Sequence record: CP071152.1 | Origin: a plasmid | Length of the DNA: 64,000 nt | Direction: 5' to 3' (one strand) | Shown: positions 40,477-49,711 of the stretch, one piece after another | How the letters are laid out: each line of letters opens with the position of its first letter | Position numbering within the stretch: position 1 is the stretch's first letter | Position numbers and translations under genes: made by a program | Notes under the pieces: model-generated | The model's database searches: none | What the model saw: only the letters and a program-made list of their open reading frames with translations | What the model was told of the DNA's origin: nothing

Positions 40477-40724
40477 TCCATCAGCTTGCGTTCGGATAGA
40501 TTGGTGAAGTCGCCGCGCATCATGCCCGACACCTTCGGTTGCGGGATGCCCATGCGTTTGGCCGCCGCTTGTTGAGTCAGCCCAAGGGCGCGCATGGCCC
40601 TCCTGATCTCGACCACCAGGCCGGTCTTGATCTTGAGCTTTTCAGCGTCAGGCAGTCCAAGGTCGGCAAAGACGTTGCCCGAGCTGCGCTGAACCTCGAC
40701 GCCTTCAATGATTCGTTTTTGCAT
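40389..40724 (-). CDS. HTH (XRE/HigA-like) antitoxin
   Basis: 'LGLTQQAAAKRMGIPQPKVSGMMRGDF' is an HTH. It lies directly downstream of the toxin gene. Confidence 0.7.
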   Translation of the reverse strand: MQKRIIEGVEVQRSSGNVFADLGLPDAEKLKIKTGLVVEIRRAMRALGLTQQAAAKRMGIPQPKVSGMMRGDFTNLSERKLMDCLNRLGYDIEIKVRPAAEPIGHLTLATA

Positions 40725-40725
40725 T

Positions 40726-41082
40726 TCATAGCTCCTGTGCCAATACCTCGGCCACCTTCAGCCGAGCGCGGATGATGTCCATGTCGGCCTTTGGCGTGGC
40801 GATTCCGCTCTTGCTCTTCTTCTGGAAGCAGTGCAGGACGAACACCGCTTCCGCAAACTTGACCGTGTATACCGCTCGATAGGTGCCGCCGGCATCGTCT
40901 TCGACGACCTTCAGCACGCCGGCACCACCGAACCCCTTGAGCTCCTTTGCTGCGTCATCCTGATCGCCTATCTGCGCCAACGAGAGCGCGTAACCGAAAC
41001 GGCGACGCACGTCGGACGGCAACGCCATCAAATCCTTGTGGCTGCTCGCGATCCATTCGAGCGGTTTTTCTTTGTTTGTCAT
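40726..41082 (-). CDS. RelE/ParE-superfamily (HigB-like, phage-related) toxin
   Basis: 'YRAVYTVKFAEAVFVLHCFQKKSKSGIATPKADMDIIRARLK' is the killer-protein fold signature. The gene order is toxin then antitoxin. Confidence 0.7.
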   Translation of the reverse strand: MTNKEKPLEWIASSHKDLMALPSDVRRRFGYALSLAQIGDQDDAAKELKGFGGAGVLKVVEDDAGGTYRAVYTVKFAEAVFVLHCFQKKSKSGIATPKADMDIIRARLKVAEVLAQEL

Positions 41083-41185
41083 GACGGAATTTTATACCTG
41101 TTCAGGTAATGATGTAAACGCGGCAACCTCAAGGAGGTGTCGTAAAACATTTGTTTTGCGACAGGCTGTCAGCCGCCGCTGTGCT

Positions 41186-41485
41186 ATGTCATTTTCAGAA
41201 GACGACTGCACCAGACAACGCGGTTTGAAGGCTGTTGTGCAGTCGTCTATTGAACGAACAGTATCAGGAGTCCGCTGCACGAATGATGACCTCAAGCCGG
41301 TTCTGGTCGCGCTGGCGACCGATCAGCCCCTGGATGTGCGATACCGCGACCACGATCTTTCCGGCGATTGGGCGGGCTACCGCGAATGCTACATCAAGCC
41401 CGACCTGCTGCTGATCTACCGCAAGTCCGACGCCGACACCCTGCGACTGGCGCGGCTTGGCTCCCATAGCGAGCTGTTCGGCTGA
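41186..41485 (+). CDS. RelE/YafQ-family toxin-like protein whose first codons lie in the IRt
   Basis: The C-terminus 'LSGDWAGYRECYIKPDLLLIYRKSDADTLRLARLGSHSELFG' is a RelE/YafQ signature. The ATG straddles the IRt boundary. No cognate antitoxin ORF is present. Confidence 0.55.
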   Translation: MSFSEDDCTRQRGLKAVVQSSIERTVSGVRCTNDDLKPVLVALATDQPLDVRYRDHDLSGDWAGYRECYIKPDLLLIYRKSDADTLRLARLGSHSELFG

Positions 41486-42211
41486 TGCCAGTCGCCTTGT
41501 CCGCCAAACGATCATTAGTCGGCCATGCCGGACACTGTCCAGCAAAGTTATTGCACAACGGGTTGTCGGACATTAAGATAGGCGGACGGAATGACGGACA
41601 AGAGAGGCGGCAAATGGCACTGATCGGCTATGCGCGGGTATCGACGGCGGAACAGGACACCGCCTTGCAGACGGATGCGCTACGCAAGGCAGGCTGCGAG
41701 CGCGTTTTCGAGGACACGGCTTCCGGGGCCAAGGCCGACCGCCCCGGCTTGGCTGATGCGCTGGCCTACCTGCGCGACGGCGACGTGCTGGCCGTCTGGC
41801 GGCTGGATCGGCTCGGGCGCTCTATGCCGCACCTAATCGAAACGATAGGCGCGCTGGAAGCGCGAGGCGTCGGCTTCCGTTCTCTGACGGAAGCCATCGA
41901 CACCACCACGCCAGGCGGGCGGCTCATCTTCCACGTGTTCGGCGCGCTGGGCCAGTTCGAGCGCGACTTGATCCGCGAGCGCACCAAGGCCGGGTTGACT
42001 GCCGCCGCCGCTCGTGGGAGGAAGGGCGGGCGAAAGCCGGTTGTCACCGCCGACAAGTTGCAGCGAGCGCGGGAGCACATCGCCAACGGGCTTAATGTCC
42101 GAGAGGCCGCTACACGGCTCAAGGTGAGCAAGACGGCCCTGTACACCGCGCTGCAATCCACCAGTGCAGCCGACTCCTGATATTCCGTGCAGTCGTCTTC
42201 TGAAAATGACA
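41187..42211. mobile_element. 1,025-bp element bounded by two inverted copies of the Tn402 25-bp IRt, carrying a RelE/YafQ-like ORF and a serine recombinase
   Basis: TGTCATTTTCAGAAGACGACTGCAC lies at 41187-41211. Its reverse complement lies at 42187-42211. Both termini face outward. Confidence 0.75.
41614..42180 (+). CDS. Serine recombinase (resolvase/invertase family)
   Basis: 'MALIGYARVSTAEQDTALQ...' with a catalytic Ser and a C-terminal HTH 'VREAATRLKVSKTALY'. The stop is 6 bp before the IRt. Confidence 0.8.
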   Translation: MALIGYARVSTAEQDTALQTDALRKAGCERVFEDTASGAKADRPGLADALAYLRDGDVLAVWRLDRLGRSMPHLIETIGALEARGVGFRSLTEAIDTTTPGGRLIFHVFGALGQFERDLIRERTKAGLTAAAARGRKGGRKPVVTADKLQRAREHIANGLNVREAATRLKVSKTALYTALQSTSAADS

Positions 42212-42325
42212 CTCACGCGCAGGTAGATGCGTGCGACTTTCATGCGGGCCTCCTGGTCATTTTGGGTATAGGGAAAATGACCATTGTTTCACGCCTAGCC
42301 AAAAAGGGAAGGTTCCCGGTTCAAA

Positions 42326-42350
42326 TGTCGTTTTCAGAAGACGGCTGCAC
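42326..42350. mobile_element. IRi of class 1 integron / Tn402 (TGTCGTTTTCAGAAGACGGCTGCAC)
   Basis: An exact match to the known 25-bp IRi. Confidence 0.9.
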
Positions 42351-42527
42351 TGAACGTCAGAAGCCGACTGCACTATAGCAGCGGAGGGGTTGGATCCATC
42401 AGGCAACGACGGGCTGCTGCCGGCCATCAGCGGACGCAGGGAGGACTTTCCGCAACCGGCCGTTCGATGCGGCACCGATGGCCTTCGCGCAGGGGTAGTG
42501 AATCCGCCAGGATTGACTTGCGCTGCC

Positions 42528-43538
42528 CTACCTCTCACTAGTGAGGGGCGGCAGCGCATCAAGCGGTGAGCGCACTCCGGCACCGCCAACTTTCAGCACA
42601 TGCGTGTAAATCATCGTCGTAGAGACGTCGGAATGGCCGAGCAGATCCTGCACGGTTCGAATGTCGTAACCGCTGCGGAGCAAGGCCGTCGCGAACGAGT
42701 GGCGGAGGGTGTGCGGTGTGGCGGGCTTCGTGATGCCTGCTTGTTCTACGGCACGTTTGAAGGCGCGCTGAAAGGTCTGGTCATACATGTGATGGCGACG
42801 CACGACACCGCTCCGTGGATCGGTCGAATGCGTGTGCTGCGCAAAAACCCAGAACCACGGCCAGGAATGCCCGGCGCGCGGATACTTCCGCTCAAGGGCG
42901 TCGGGAAGCGCAACGCCGCTGCGGCCCTCGGCCTGGTCCCAGCCACCATGCCCGTGCACGCGACAGCTGCTCGCGCAGGCTGGGTGCCAAGCTCTCGGTA
43001 ACATCAAGGCCCGATCCTTGGAGCCCTTGCCCTCCCGCACGATGATCGTGCCGTGATCGAAATCCAGATCCTTGACCCGCAGTTGCAAACCCTCACTGAT
43101 CCGCATGCCCGTTCCATACAGAAGCTGGGCGAACAAACGATGCTCGCCTTCCAGAAAACCGAGGATGCGAACCACTTCATCCGGGGTCAGCACCACCGGC
43201 AAGCGCCGCGACGGCCGAGGTCTTCCGATCTCCTGAAGCCAGGGCAGATCCGTGCACAGCACCTTGCCGTAGAAGAACAGCAAGGCCGCCAATGCCTGAC
43301 GATGCGTGGAGACCGAAACCTTGCGCTCGTTCGCCAGCCAGGACAGAAATGCCTCGACTTCGCTGCTGCCCAAGGTTGCCGGGTGACGCACACCGTGGAA
43401 ACGGATGAAGGCACGAACCCAGTGGACATAAGCCTGTTCGGTTCGTAAGCTGTAATGCAAGTAGCGTATGCGCTCACGCAACTGGTCCAGAACCTTGACC
43501 GAACGCAGCGGTGGTAACGGCGCAGTGGCGGTTTTCAT
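42528..43538 (-). CDS. intI1: Class 1 integron integrase IntI1 (336 aa; a roughly 25-aa internal stretch is frame-shifted relative to the canonical sequence)
   Basis: The sequence matches IntI1 throughout, except that '[22 protein letters not shown]' replaces '[23 protein letters not shown]'. This indicates compensating indels. Confidence 0.9.
   Translation of the reverse strand: MKTATAPLPPLRSVKVLDQLRERIRYLHYSLRTEQAYVHWVRAFIRFHGVRHPATLGSSEVEAFLSWLANERKVSVSTHRQALAALLFFYGKVLCTDLPWLQEIGRPRPSRRLPVVLTPDEVVRILGFLEGEHRLFAQLLYGTGMRISEGLQLRVKDLDFDHGTIIVREGKGSKDRALMLPRAWHPACASSCRVHGHGGWDQAEGRSGVALPDALERKYPRAGHSWPWFWVFAQHTHSTDPRSGVVRRHHMYDQTFQRAFKRAVEQAGITKPATPHTLRHSFATALLRSGYDIRTVQDLLGHSDVSTTMIYTHVLKVGGAGVRSPLDALPPLTSER
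43423..43451 (+). promoter_or_regulatory. Integron cassette promoter Pc, weak variant (TGGACA-17-TAAGCT)
   Basis: The -35 is at 43423-43428 and the -10 at 43446-43451, inside intI1. Confidence 0.8.
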
Positions 43539-43781
43539 GGCTTGTTATGACTGTTTTTGTACAGTCTATGCCTCGGCATCCAAGCAGCAAGCGCGTTACG
43601 CCGTGGGTCGATGTTTGATGTTATGGAGCAGCAACGATGTTACGCAGCAGGGCAGTCGCCCTAAAACAAAGTTAGATGCACTAAGCACATAATTGCTCAC
43701 AGCCAAACTATCAGGTCAAGTCTGCTTTTATTATTTTTAAGCGTGCATAATAAGCCCTACACAAATTGGGAGTTAGACATC

Positions 43782-44381
43782 ATGAGCAACGCAAAAACAA
43801 AGTTAGGCATCACAAAGTACAGCATCGTGACCAACAGCAACGATTCCGTCACACTGCGCCTCATGACTGAGCATGACCTTGCGATGCTCTATGAGTGGCT
43901 AAATCGATCTCATATCGTCGAGTGGTGGGGCGGAGAAGAAGCACGCCCGACACTTGCTGACGTACAGGAACAGTACTTGCCAAGCGTTTTAGCGCAAGAG
44001 TCCGTCACTCCATACATTGCAATGCTGAATGGAGAGCCGATTGGGTATGCCCAGTCGTACGTTGCTCTTGGAAGCGGGGACGGATGGTGGGAAGAAGAAA
44101 CCGATCCAGGAGTACGCGGAATAGACCAGTTACTGGCGAATGCATCACAACTGGGCAAAGGCTTGGGAACCAAGCTGGTTCGAGCTCTGGTTGAGTTGCT
44201 GTTCAATGATCCCGAGGTCACCAAGATCCAAACGGACCCGTCGCCGAGCAACTTGCGAGCGATCCGATGCTACGAGAAAGCGGGGTTTGAGAGGCAAGGT
44301 ACCGTAACCACCCCAGATGGTCCAGCCGTGTACATGGTTCAAACACGCCAGGCATTCGAGCGAACACGCAGTGATGCCTAA
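43782..44381 (+). CDS. aac(6')-Ib: Aminoglycoside 6'-N-acetyltransferase AAC(6')-Ib (aacA4; Leu variant 'IDQLLANAS'; not the -cr allele)
   Basis: It has 'GDGWWEE' (Trp, not the -cr Arg) and '[11 protein letters not shown]' (Asp, not the -cr Tyr). The attC follows at 44385-44460. Confidence 0.9.
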   Translation: MSNAKTKLGITKYSIVTNSNDSVTLRLMTEHDLAMLYEWLNRSHIVEWWGGEEARPTLADVQEQYLPSVLAQESVTPYIAMLNGEPIGYAQSYVALGSGDGWWEEETDPGVRGIDQLLANASQLGKGLGTKLVRALVELLFNDPEVTKIQTDPSPSNLRAIRCYEKAGFERQGTVTTPDGPAVYMVQTRQAFERTRSDA

Positions 44382-44511
44382 CCCTTCCATCGAGGGGGAC
44401 GTCCAAGGGCTGGCGCCCTTGGCCGCCCCTCATGTCAAACGTTGGGCGAACCCGGAGCCTCATTAATTGTTAGCCGTTAAAATTAAGCCCTTTACCAAAC
44501 CAATACTTATT

Positions 44512-45342
44512 ATGAAAAACACAATACATATCAACTTCGCTATTTTTTTAATAATTGCAAATATTATCTACAGCAGCGCCAGTGCATCAACAGATATCTC
44601 TACTGTTGCATCTCCATTATTTGAAGGAACTGAAGGTTGTTTTTTACTTTACGATGCATCCACAAACGCTGAAATTGCTCAATTCAATAAAGCAAAGTGT
44701 GCAACGCAAATGGCACCAGATTCAACTTTCAAGATCGCATTATCACTTATGGCATTTGATGCGGAAATAATAGATCAGAAAACCATATTCAAATGGGATA
44801 AAACCCCCAAAGGAATGGAGATCTGGAACAGCAATCATACACCAAAGACGTGGATGCAATTTTCTGTTGTTTGGGTTTCGCAAGAAATAACCCAAAAAAT
44901 TGGATTAAATAAAATCAAGAATTATCTCAAAGATTTTGATTATGGAAATCAAGACTTCTCTGGAGATAAAGAAAGAAACAACGGATTAACAGAAGCATGG
45001 CTCGAAAGTAGCTTAAAAATTTCACCAGAAGAACAAATTCAATTCCTGCGTAAAATTATTAATCACAATCTCCCAGTTAAAAACTCAGCCATAGAAAACA
45101 CCATAGAGAACATGTATCTACAAGATCTGGATAATAGTACAAAACTGTATGGGAAAACTGGTGCAGGATTCACAGCAAATAGAACCTTACAAAACGGATG
45201 GTTTGAAGGGTTTATTATAAGCAAATCAGGACATAAATATGTTTTTGTGTCCGCACTTACAGGAAACTTGGGGTCGAATTTAACATCAAGCATAAAAGCC
45301 AAGAAAAATGCGATCACCATTCTAAACACACTAAATTTATAA
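44512..45342 (+). CDS. blaOXA-1: Class D beta-lactamase OXA-1
   Basis: 276 aa. 'MKNTIHINFAIFLIIANIIYSSASAS...STFKIALSLMAFDAE...KTG' matches OXA-1 as recalled. Confidence 0.95.
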   Translation: MKNTIHINFAIFLIIANIIYSSASASTDISTVASPLFEGTEGCFLLYDASTNAEIAQFNKAKCATQMAPDSTFKIALSLMAFDAEIIDQKTIFKWDKTPKGMEIWNSNHTPKTWMQFSVVWVSQEITQKIGLNKIKNYLKDFDYGNQDFSGDKERNNGLTEAWLESSLKISPEEQIQFLRKIINHNLPVKNSAIENTIENMYLQDLDNSTKLYGKTGAGFTANRTLQNGWFEGFIISKSGHKYVFVSALTGNLGSNLTSSIKAKKNAITILNTLNL

Positions 45343-45480
45343 AAAAATCTAATGGCAAAATCGCCCAACCCTTCAATCAAGTCGGGACGGCCAAAAGCAA
45401 GCTTTTGGCTCCCCTCGCTGGCGCTCGGCGCCCCTTATTTCAAACGTTAGACGGCAAAGTCACAGACCGCGGGATCTCTT

Positions 45481-46114
45481 ATGACCAACTACTTTGATAG
45501 CCCCTTCAAAGGCAAGCTGCTTTCTGAGCAAGTGAAGAACCCCAATATCAAAGTTGGGCGGTACAGCTATTACTCTGGCTACTATCATGGGCACTCATTC
45601 GATGACTGCGCACGGTATCTGTTTCCGGACCGTGATGACGTTGATAAGTTGATCATCGGTAGTTTCTGCTCTATCGGGAGTGGGGCTTCCTTTATCATGG
45701 CTGGCAATCAGGGGCATCGGTACGACTGGGCATCATCTTTCCCGTTCTTTTATATGCAGGAAGAACCTGCATTCTCAAGCGCACTCGATGCCTTCCAAAA
45801 AAGCAGGTAATACTGTCATTGGCAATGACGTTTGGATCGGCTCTGAGGCAATGGTCATGCCCGGAATCAAGATCGGGCACGGTGCGGTGATAGGCAGCCG
45901 CTCGTTGGTGACAAAAGATGTGGAGCCTTACGCTATCGTTGGCGGCAATCCCGCTAAGAAGATTAAGAAACGCTTCACCGATGAGGAAATTTCATTGCTT
46001 CTGGAGATGGAGTGGTGGAATTGGTCACTGGAGAAGATCAAAGCGGCAATGCCCATGCTGTGCTCGTCTAATATTGTTGGCCTGCACAAGTATTGGCTCG
46101 AGTTTGCCGTCTAA
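45481..46114 (+). pseudogene. catB3: catB3 chloramphenicol acetyltransferase cassette, frameshifted at a poly-A run near 45795-45810
   Basis: ORFs 45481..45810 and 45680..46114 together give the CatB3 sequence. An extra A in 'CCAAAAAAGCAGG' breaks the frame. Confidence 0.85.
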
Positions 46115-46184
46115 CAATTCAATCAAGCCGATGCCGCTTCGCGGCACGGCTTATTTCAGGCGTTATGTTCGCTGAGGAGAGTCA

Positions 46185-46583
46185 GTGTTACGAGGATTGA
46201 ATCATATTACTATTGCAGTAAGTGACCTTGAACGTTCCGTGGAGTTCTATACGCGTCTATTAGGAATGAAGGCACATGTCCGCTGGGATAGTGGGGCATA
46301 TCTGAGCTTGGAGGCTACTTGGATTTGCTTGTCTTGTGACGAAGTGCATCCGAGCCAAGATTACTGTCACATCGCGTTTGATGTTTCCGAAGAGAATTTC
46401 GAACCAGTTACTAAAAAGCTTCGCGAAGCACATGTCGTTGAATGGAAACAAAATAGAAGCGAAGGACTTTCTTTATACTTGCTCGATCCTGACGGCCATA
46501 AATTGGAAATCCATAGCGGTAGCCTACAAAGTCGTTTGGAATCGTTGAAGTCTAAACCCTATCAAGGGTTAGTATGGCTATAA
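46185..46583 (+). CDS. FosA-family Mn/K-dependent glutathione transferase (fosfomycin resistance cassette; FosC2/FosA-like)
   Basis: 132 aa from GTG: 'MLRGLNHITIAVSDLERSVEFY...WKQNRSEGLSLYLLDPDGHKLEIHSGSL'. GAGGAG precedes the GTG. It is the last cassette before IS26. Confidence 0.7.
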   Translation: MLRGLNHITIAVSDLERSVEFYTRLLGMKAHVRWDSGAYLSLEATWICLSCDEVHPSQDYCHIAFDVSEENFEPVTKKLREAHVVEWKQNRSEGLSLYLLDPDGHKLEIHSGSLQSRLESLKSKPYQGLVWL

Positions 46584-46597
46584 GCAAACATAACAAG

Positions 46598-47417
46598 GGC
46601 ACTGTTGCAAATAGTCGGTGGTGATAAACTTATCATCCCCTTTTGCTGATGGAGCTGCACATGAACCCATTCAAAGGCCGGCATTTTCAGCGTGACATCA
46701 TTCTGTGGGCCGTACGCTGGTACTGCAAATACGGCATCAGTTACCGTGAGCTGCAGGAGATGCTGGCTGAACGCGGAGTGAATGTCGATCACTCCACGAT
46801 TTACCGCTGGGTTCAGCGTTATGCGCCTGAAATGGAAAAACGGCTGCGCTGGTACTGGCGTAACCCTTCCGATCTTTGCCCGTGGCACATGGATGAAACC
46901 TACGTGAAGGTCAATGGCCGCTGGGCGTATCTGTACCGGGCCGTCGACAGCCGGGGCCGCACTGTCGATTTTTATCTCTCCTCCCGTCGTAACAGCAAAG
47001 CTGCATACCGGTTTCTGGGTAAAATCCTCAACAACGTGAAGAAGTGGCAGATCCCGCGATTCATCAACACGGATAAAGCGCCCGCCTATGGTCGCGCGCT
47101 TGCTCTGCTCAAACGCGAAGGCCGGTGCCCGTCTGACGTTGAACACCGACAGATTAAGTACCGGAACAACGTGATTGAATGCGATCATGGCAAACTGAAA
47201 CGGATAATCGGCGCCACGCTGGGATTTAAATCCATGAAGACGGCTTACGCCACCATCAAAGGTATTGAGGTGATGCGTGCACTACGCAAAGGCCAGGCCT
47301 CAGCATTTTATTATGGTGATCCCCTGGGCGAAATGCGCCTGGTAAGCAGAGTTTTTGAAATGTAAGGCCTTTGAATAAGACAAAAGGCTGCCTCATCGCT
47401 AACTTTGCAACAGTGCC
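46598..47417 (+). mobile_element. IS26 (820 bp), intact
   Basis: A GGCACTGTTGCAAA 14-bp IR at each end. The tnp26 gene is at 46661..47365 (234 aa, 'MNPFKGRHFQRDIILWAVRWY'). Confidence 0.95.
46661..47365 (+). CDS. tnpA: IS26 transposase Tnp26
   Basis: An exact-looking match to Tnp26. Confidence 0.95.
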   Translation: MNPFKGRHFQRDIILWAVRWYCKYGISYRELQEMLAERGVNVDHSTIYRWVQRYAPEMEKRLRWYWRNPSDLCPWHMDETYVKVNGRWAYLYRAVDSRGRTVDFYLSSRRNSKAAYRFLGKILNNVKKWQIPRFINTDKAPAYGRALALLKREGRCPSDVEHRQIKYRNNVIECDHGKLKRIIGATLGFKSMKTAYATIKGIEVMRALRKGQASAFYYGDPLGEMRLVSRVFEM

Positions 47418-47554
47418 AATTTATGAGTAAAGGATTATGTCCACGATAAGCACCTGGGTCGATTCCTGGGAGGCGGCCATGAGGGTAGGGAAGCGCCGTC
47501 CCGTCAAGTCAGCGTAATGCTCTGCCAGTGTTACAACCAATTAACCAATTCTGA

Positions 47555-48370
47555 TTAGAAAAACTCATCGAGCATCAAATGAAACTGCAATTTATTCATA
47601 TCAGGATTATCAATACCATATTTTTGAAAAAGCCGTTTCTGTAATGAAGGAGAAAACTCACCGAGGCAGTTCCATAGGATGGCAAGATCCTGGTATCGGT
47701 CTGCGATTCCGACTCGTCCAACATCAATACAACCTATTAATTTCCCCTCGTCAAAAATAAGGTTATCAAGTGAGAAATCACCATGAGTGACGACTGAATC
47801 CGGTGAGAATGGCAAAAGCTTATGCATTTCTTTCCAGACTTGTTCAACAGGCCAGCCATTACGCTCGTCATCAAAATCACTCGCATCAACCAAACCGTTA
47901 TTCATTCGTGATTGCGCCTGAGCGAGACGAAATACGCGATCGCTGTTAAAAGGACAATTACAAACAGGAATCGAATGCAACCGGCGCAGGAACACTGCCA
48001 GCGCATCAACAATATTTTCACCTGAATCAGGATATTCTTCTAATACCTGGAATGCTGTTTTCCCGGGGATCGCAGTGGTGAGTAACCATGCATCATCAGG
48101 AGTACGGATAAAATGCTTGATGGTCGGAAGAGGCATAAATTCCGTCAGCCAGTTTAGTCTGACCATCTCATCTGTAACATCATTGGCAACGCTACCTTTG
48201 CCATGTTTCAGAAACAACTCTGGCGCATCGGGCTTCCCATACAATCGATAGATTGTCGCACCTGATTGCCCGACATTATCGCGAGCCCATTTATACCCAT
48301 ATAAATCAGCATCCATGTTGGAATTTAATCGCGGCCTCGAGCAAGACGTTTCCCGTTGAATATGGCTCAT
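47555..48370 (-). CDS. aph(3')-Ia: Aminoglycoside 3'-phosphotransferase APH(3')-Ia
   Basis: 271 aa. 'MSHIQRETSCSRPRLNSNMDADLYGYKWARDNVGQSGATIYRLYGKPDAPELFLKHGKG' matches AphA1. Confidence 0.95.
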   Translation of the reverse strand: MSHIQRETSCSRPRLNSNMDADLYGYKWARDNVGQSGATIYRLYGKPDAPELFLKHGKGSVANDVTDEMVRLNWLTEFMPLPTIKHFIRTPDDAWLLTTAIPGKTAFQVLEEYPDSGENIVDALAVFLRRLHSIPVCNCPFNSDRVFRLAQAQSRMNNGLVDASDFDDERNGWPVEQVWKEMHKLLPFSPDSVVTHGDFSLDNLIFDEGKLIGCIDVGRVGIADRYQDLAILWNCLGEFSPSLQKRLFQKYGIDNPDMNKLQFHLMLDEFF

Positions 48371-48457
48371 AACACCCCTTGTATTACTGTTTATGTAAGC
48401 AGACAGTTTTATTGTTCATGATGATATATTTTTATCTTGTGCAATGTAACATCAGAG

Positions 48458-49275
48458 GGCACTGTTGCAAATAGTCGGTGGTGATAAACTTATCATCCCC
48501 TTTTGCTGATGGAGCTGCACATGAACCCATTCAAAGGCCGGCATTTTCAGCGTGACATCATTCTGTGGGCCGTACGCTGGTACTGCAAATACGGCATCAG
48601 TTACCGTGAGCTGCAGGAGATGCTGGCTGAACGCGGAGTGAATGTCGATCACTCCACGATTTACCGCTGGGTTCAGCGTTATGCGCCTGAAATGGAAAAA
48701 CGGCTGCGCTGGTACTGGCGTAACCCTTCCGATCTTTGCCCGTGGCACATGGATGAAACCTACGTGAAGGTCAATGGCCGCTGGGCGTATCTGTACCGGG
48801 CCGTCGACAGCCGGGGCCGCACTGTCGATTTTATCTCTCCTCCCGTCGTAACAGCAAAGCTGCATACCGGTTTCTGGGTAAAATCCTCAACAACGTGAAG
48901 AAGTGGCAGATCCGCGATTCATCAACACGGATAAAGCGCCCGCCTATGGTCGCGCGCTTGCTCTGCTCAAACGCGAAGGCCGGTGCCCGTCTGACGTTGA
49001 ACACCGACAGATTAAGTACCGGAACAACGTGATTGAATGCGATCATGGCAAACTGAAACGGATAATCGGCGCCACGCTGGGATTTAAATCCATGAAGACG
49101 GCTTACGCCACCATCAAAGGTATTGAGGTGATGCGTGCACTACGCAAAGGCCAGGCCTCAGCATTTTATTATGGTGATCCCCTGGGCGAAATGCGCCTGG
49201 TAAGCAGAGTTTTTGAAATGTAAGGCCTTTGAATAAGACAAAAGGCTGCCTCATCGCTAACTTTGCAACAGTGCC
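48458..49275 (+). mobile_element. Second IS26 copy (818 bp) in direct orientation; tnp26 is broken by two 1-bp deletions (Tn4352-like IS26-aphA1-IS26 unit)
   Basis: The IRs are intact. 'gattttatctc' replaces 'gatttttatctc' (one T lost) and 'cagatccgcgatt' replaces 'cagatcccgcgatt' (one C lost). Confidence 0.9.
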
Positions 49276-49711
49276 CGCCGATGCGCTCAAGCCGTGGATT
49301 GCGCGGCGTGAACGCTGGCCGTCCTTTCTGATCCGGCGCGATCCGCGCGACATCAGCCGTATCTGGGTCCTGGAACCGGAGGGACAGCATTACCTGGAAA
49401 TTCCCTACCGTACCTTGTCGCATCCGGCTGTCACCCTCTGGGAACAACGGCAGGCGCTGGCGAAACTGCGGCAGCAAGGGCGCGAACAGGTGGATGAGTC
49501 GGCGCTGTTCCGCATGATCGGCCAGATGCGTGAGATTGTGACCAGCGCGCAGAAGGCCACACGCAAGGCGCGGCGTGACGCGGATCGCCGCCAGCACCTC
49601 AAGACATCAGCTCGGCCGGACAAGCCCGTTCCGCCGGATACGGATATTGCCGACCCGCAGGCAGACAACTTGCCACCCGCCAAACCGTTCGACCAGATTG
49701 AGGAGTGGTAG
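49276..49711 (+). pseudogene. tniA: tniA (Tn402 transposase), 3' fragment truncated by IS26
   Basis: The C-terminal '...FDQIEEW*' is the end of TniA. The reading frame begins at the IS26 boundary. Confidence 0.8.

Noticed and set aside
41766-42212. ORFs beginning MSFSEDDCT on both strands (41766..42212 on the minus strand and 42187..42378 on the plus strand)
   Set aside because: The shared N-terminus is the translation of the 25-bp IRt/IRi repeats (ATG TCA TTT TCA GAA GAC GAC TGC AC). They are artefacts of the inverted repeat, except possibly the RelE-like ORF at 41186..41485, which is kept as a feature.
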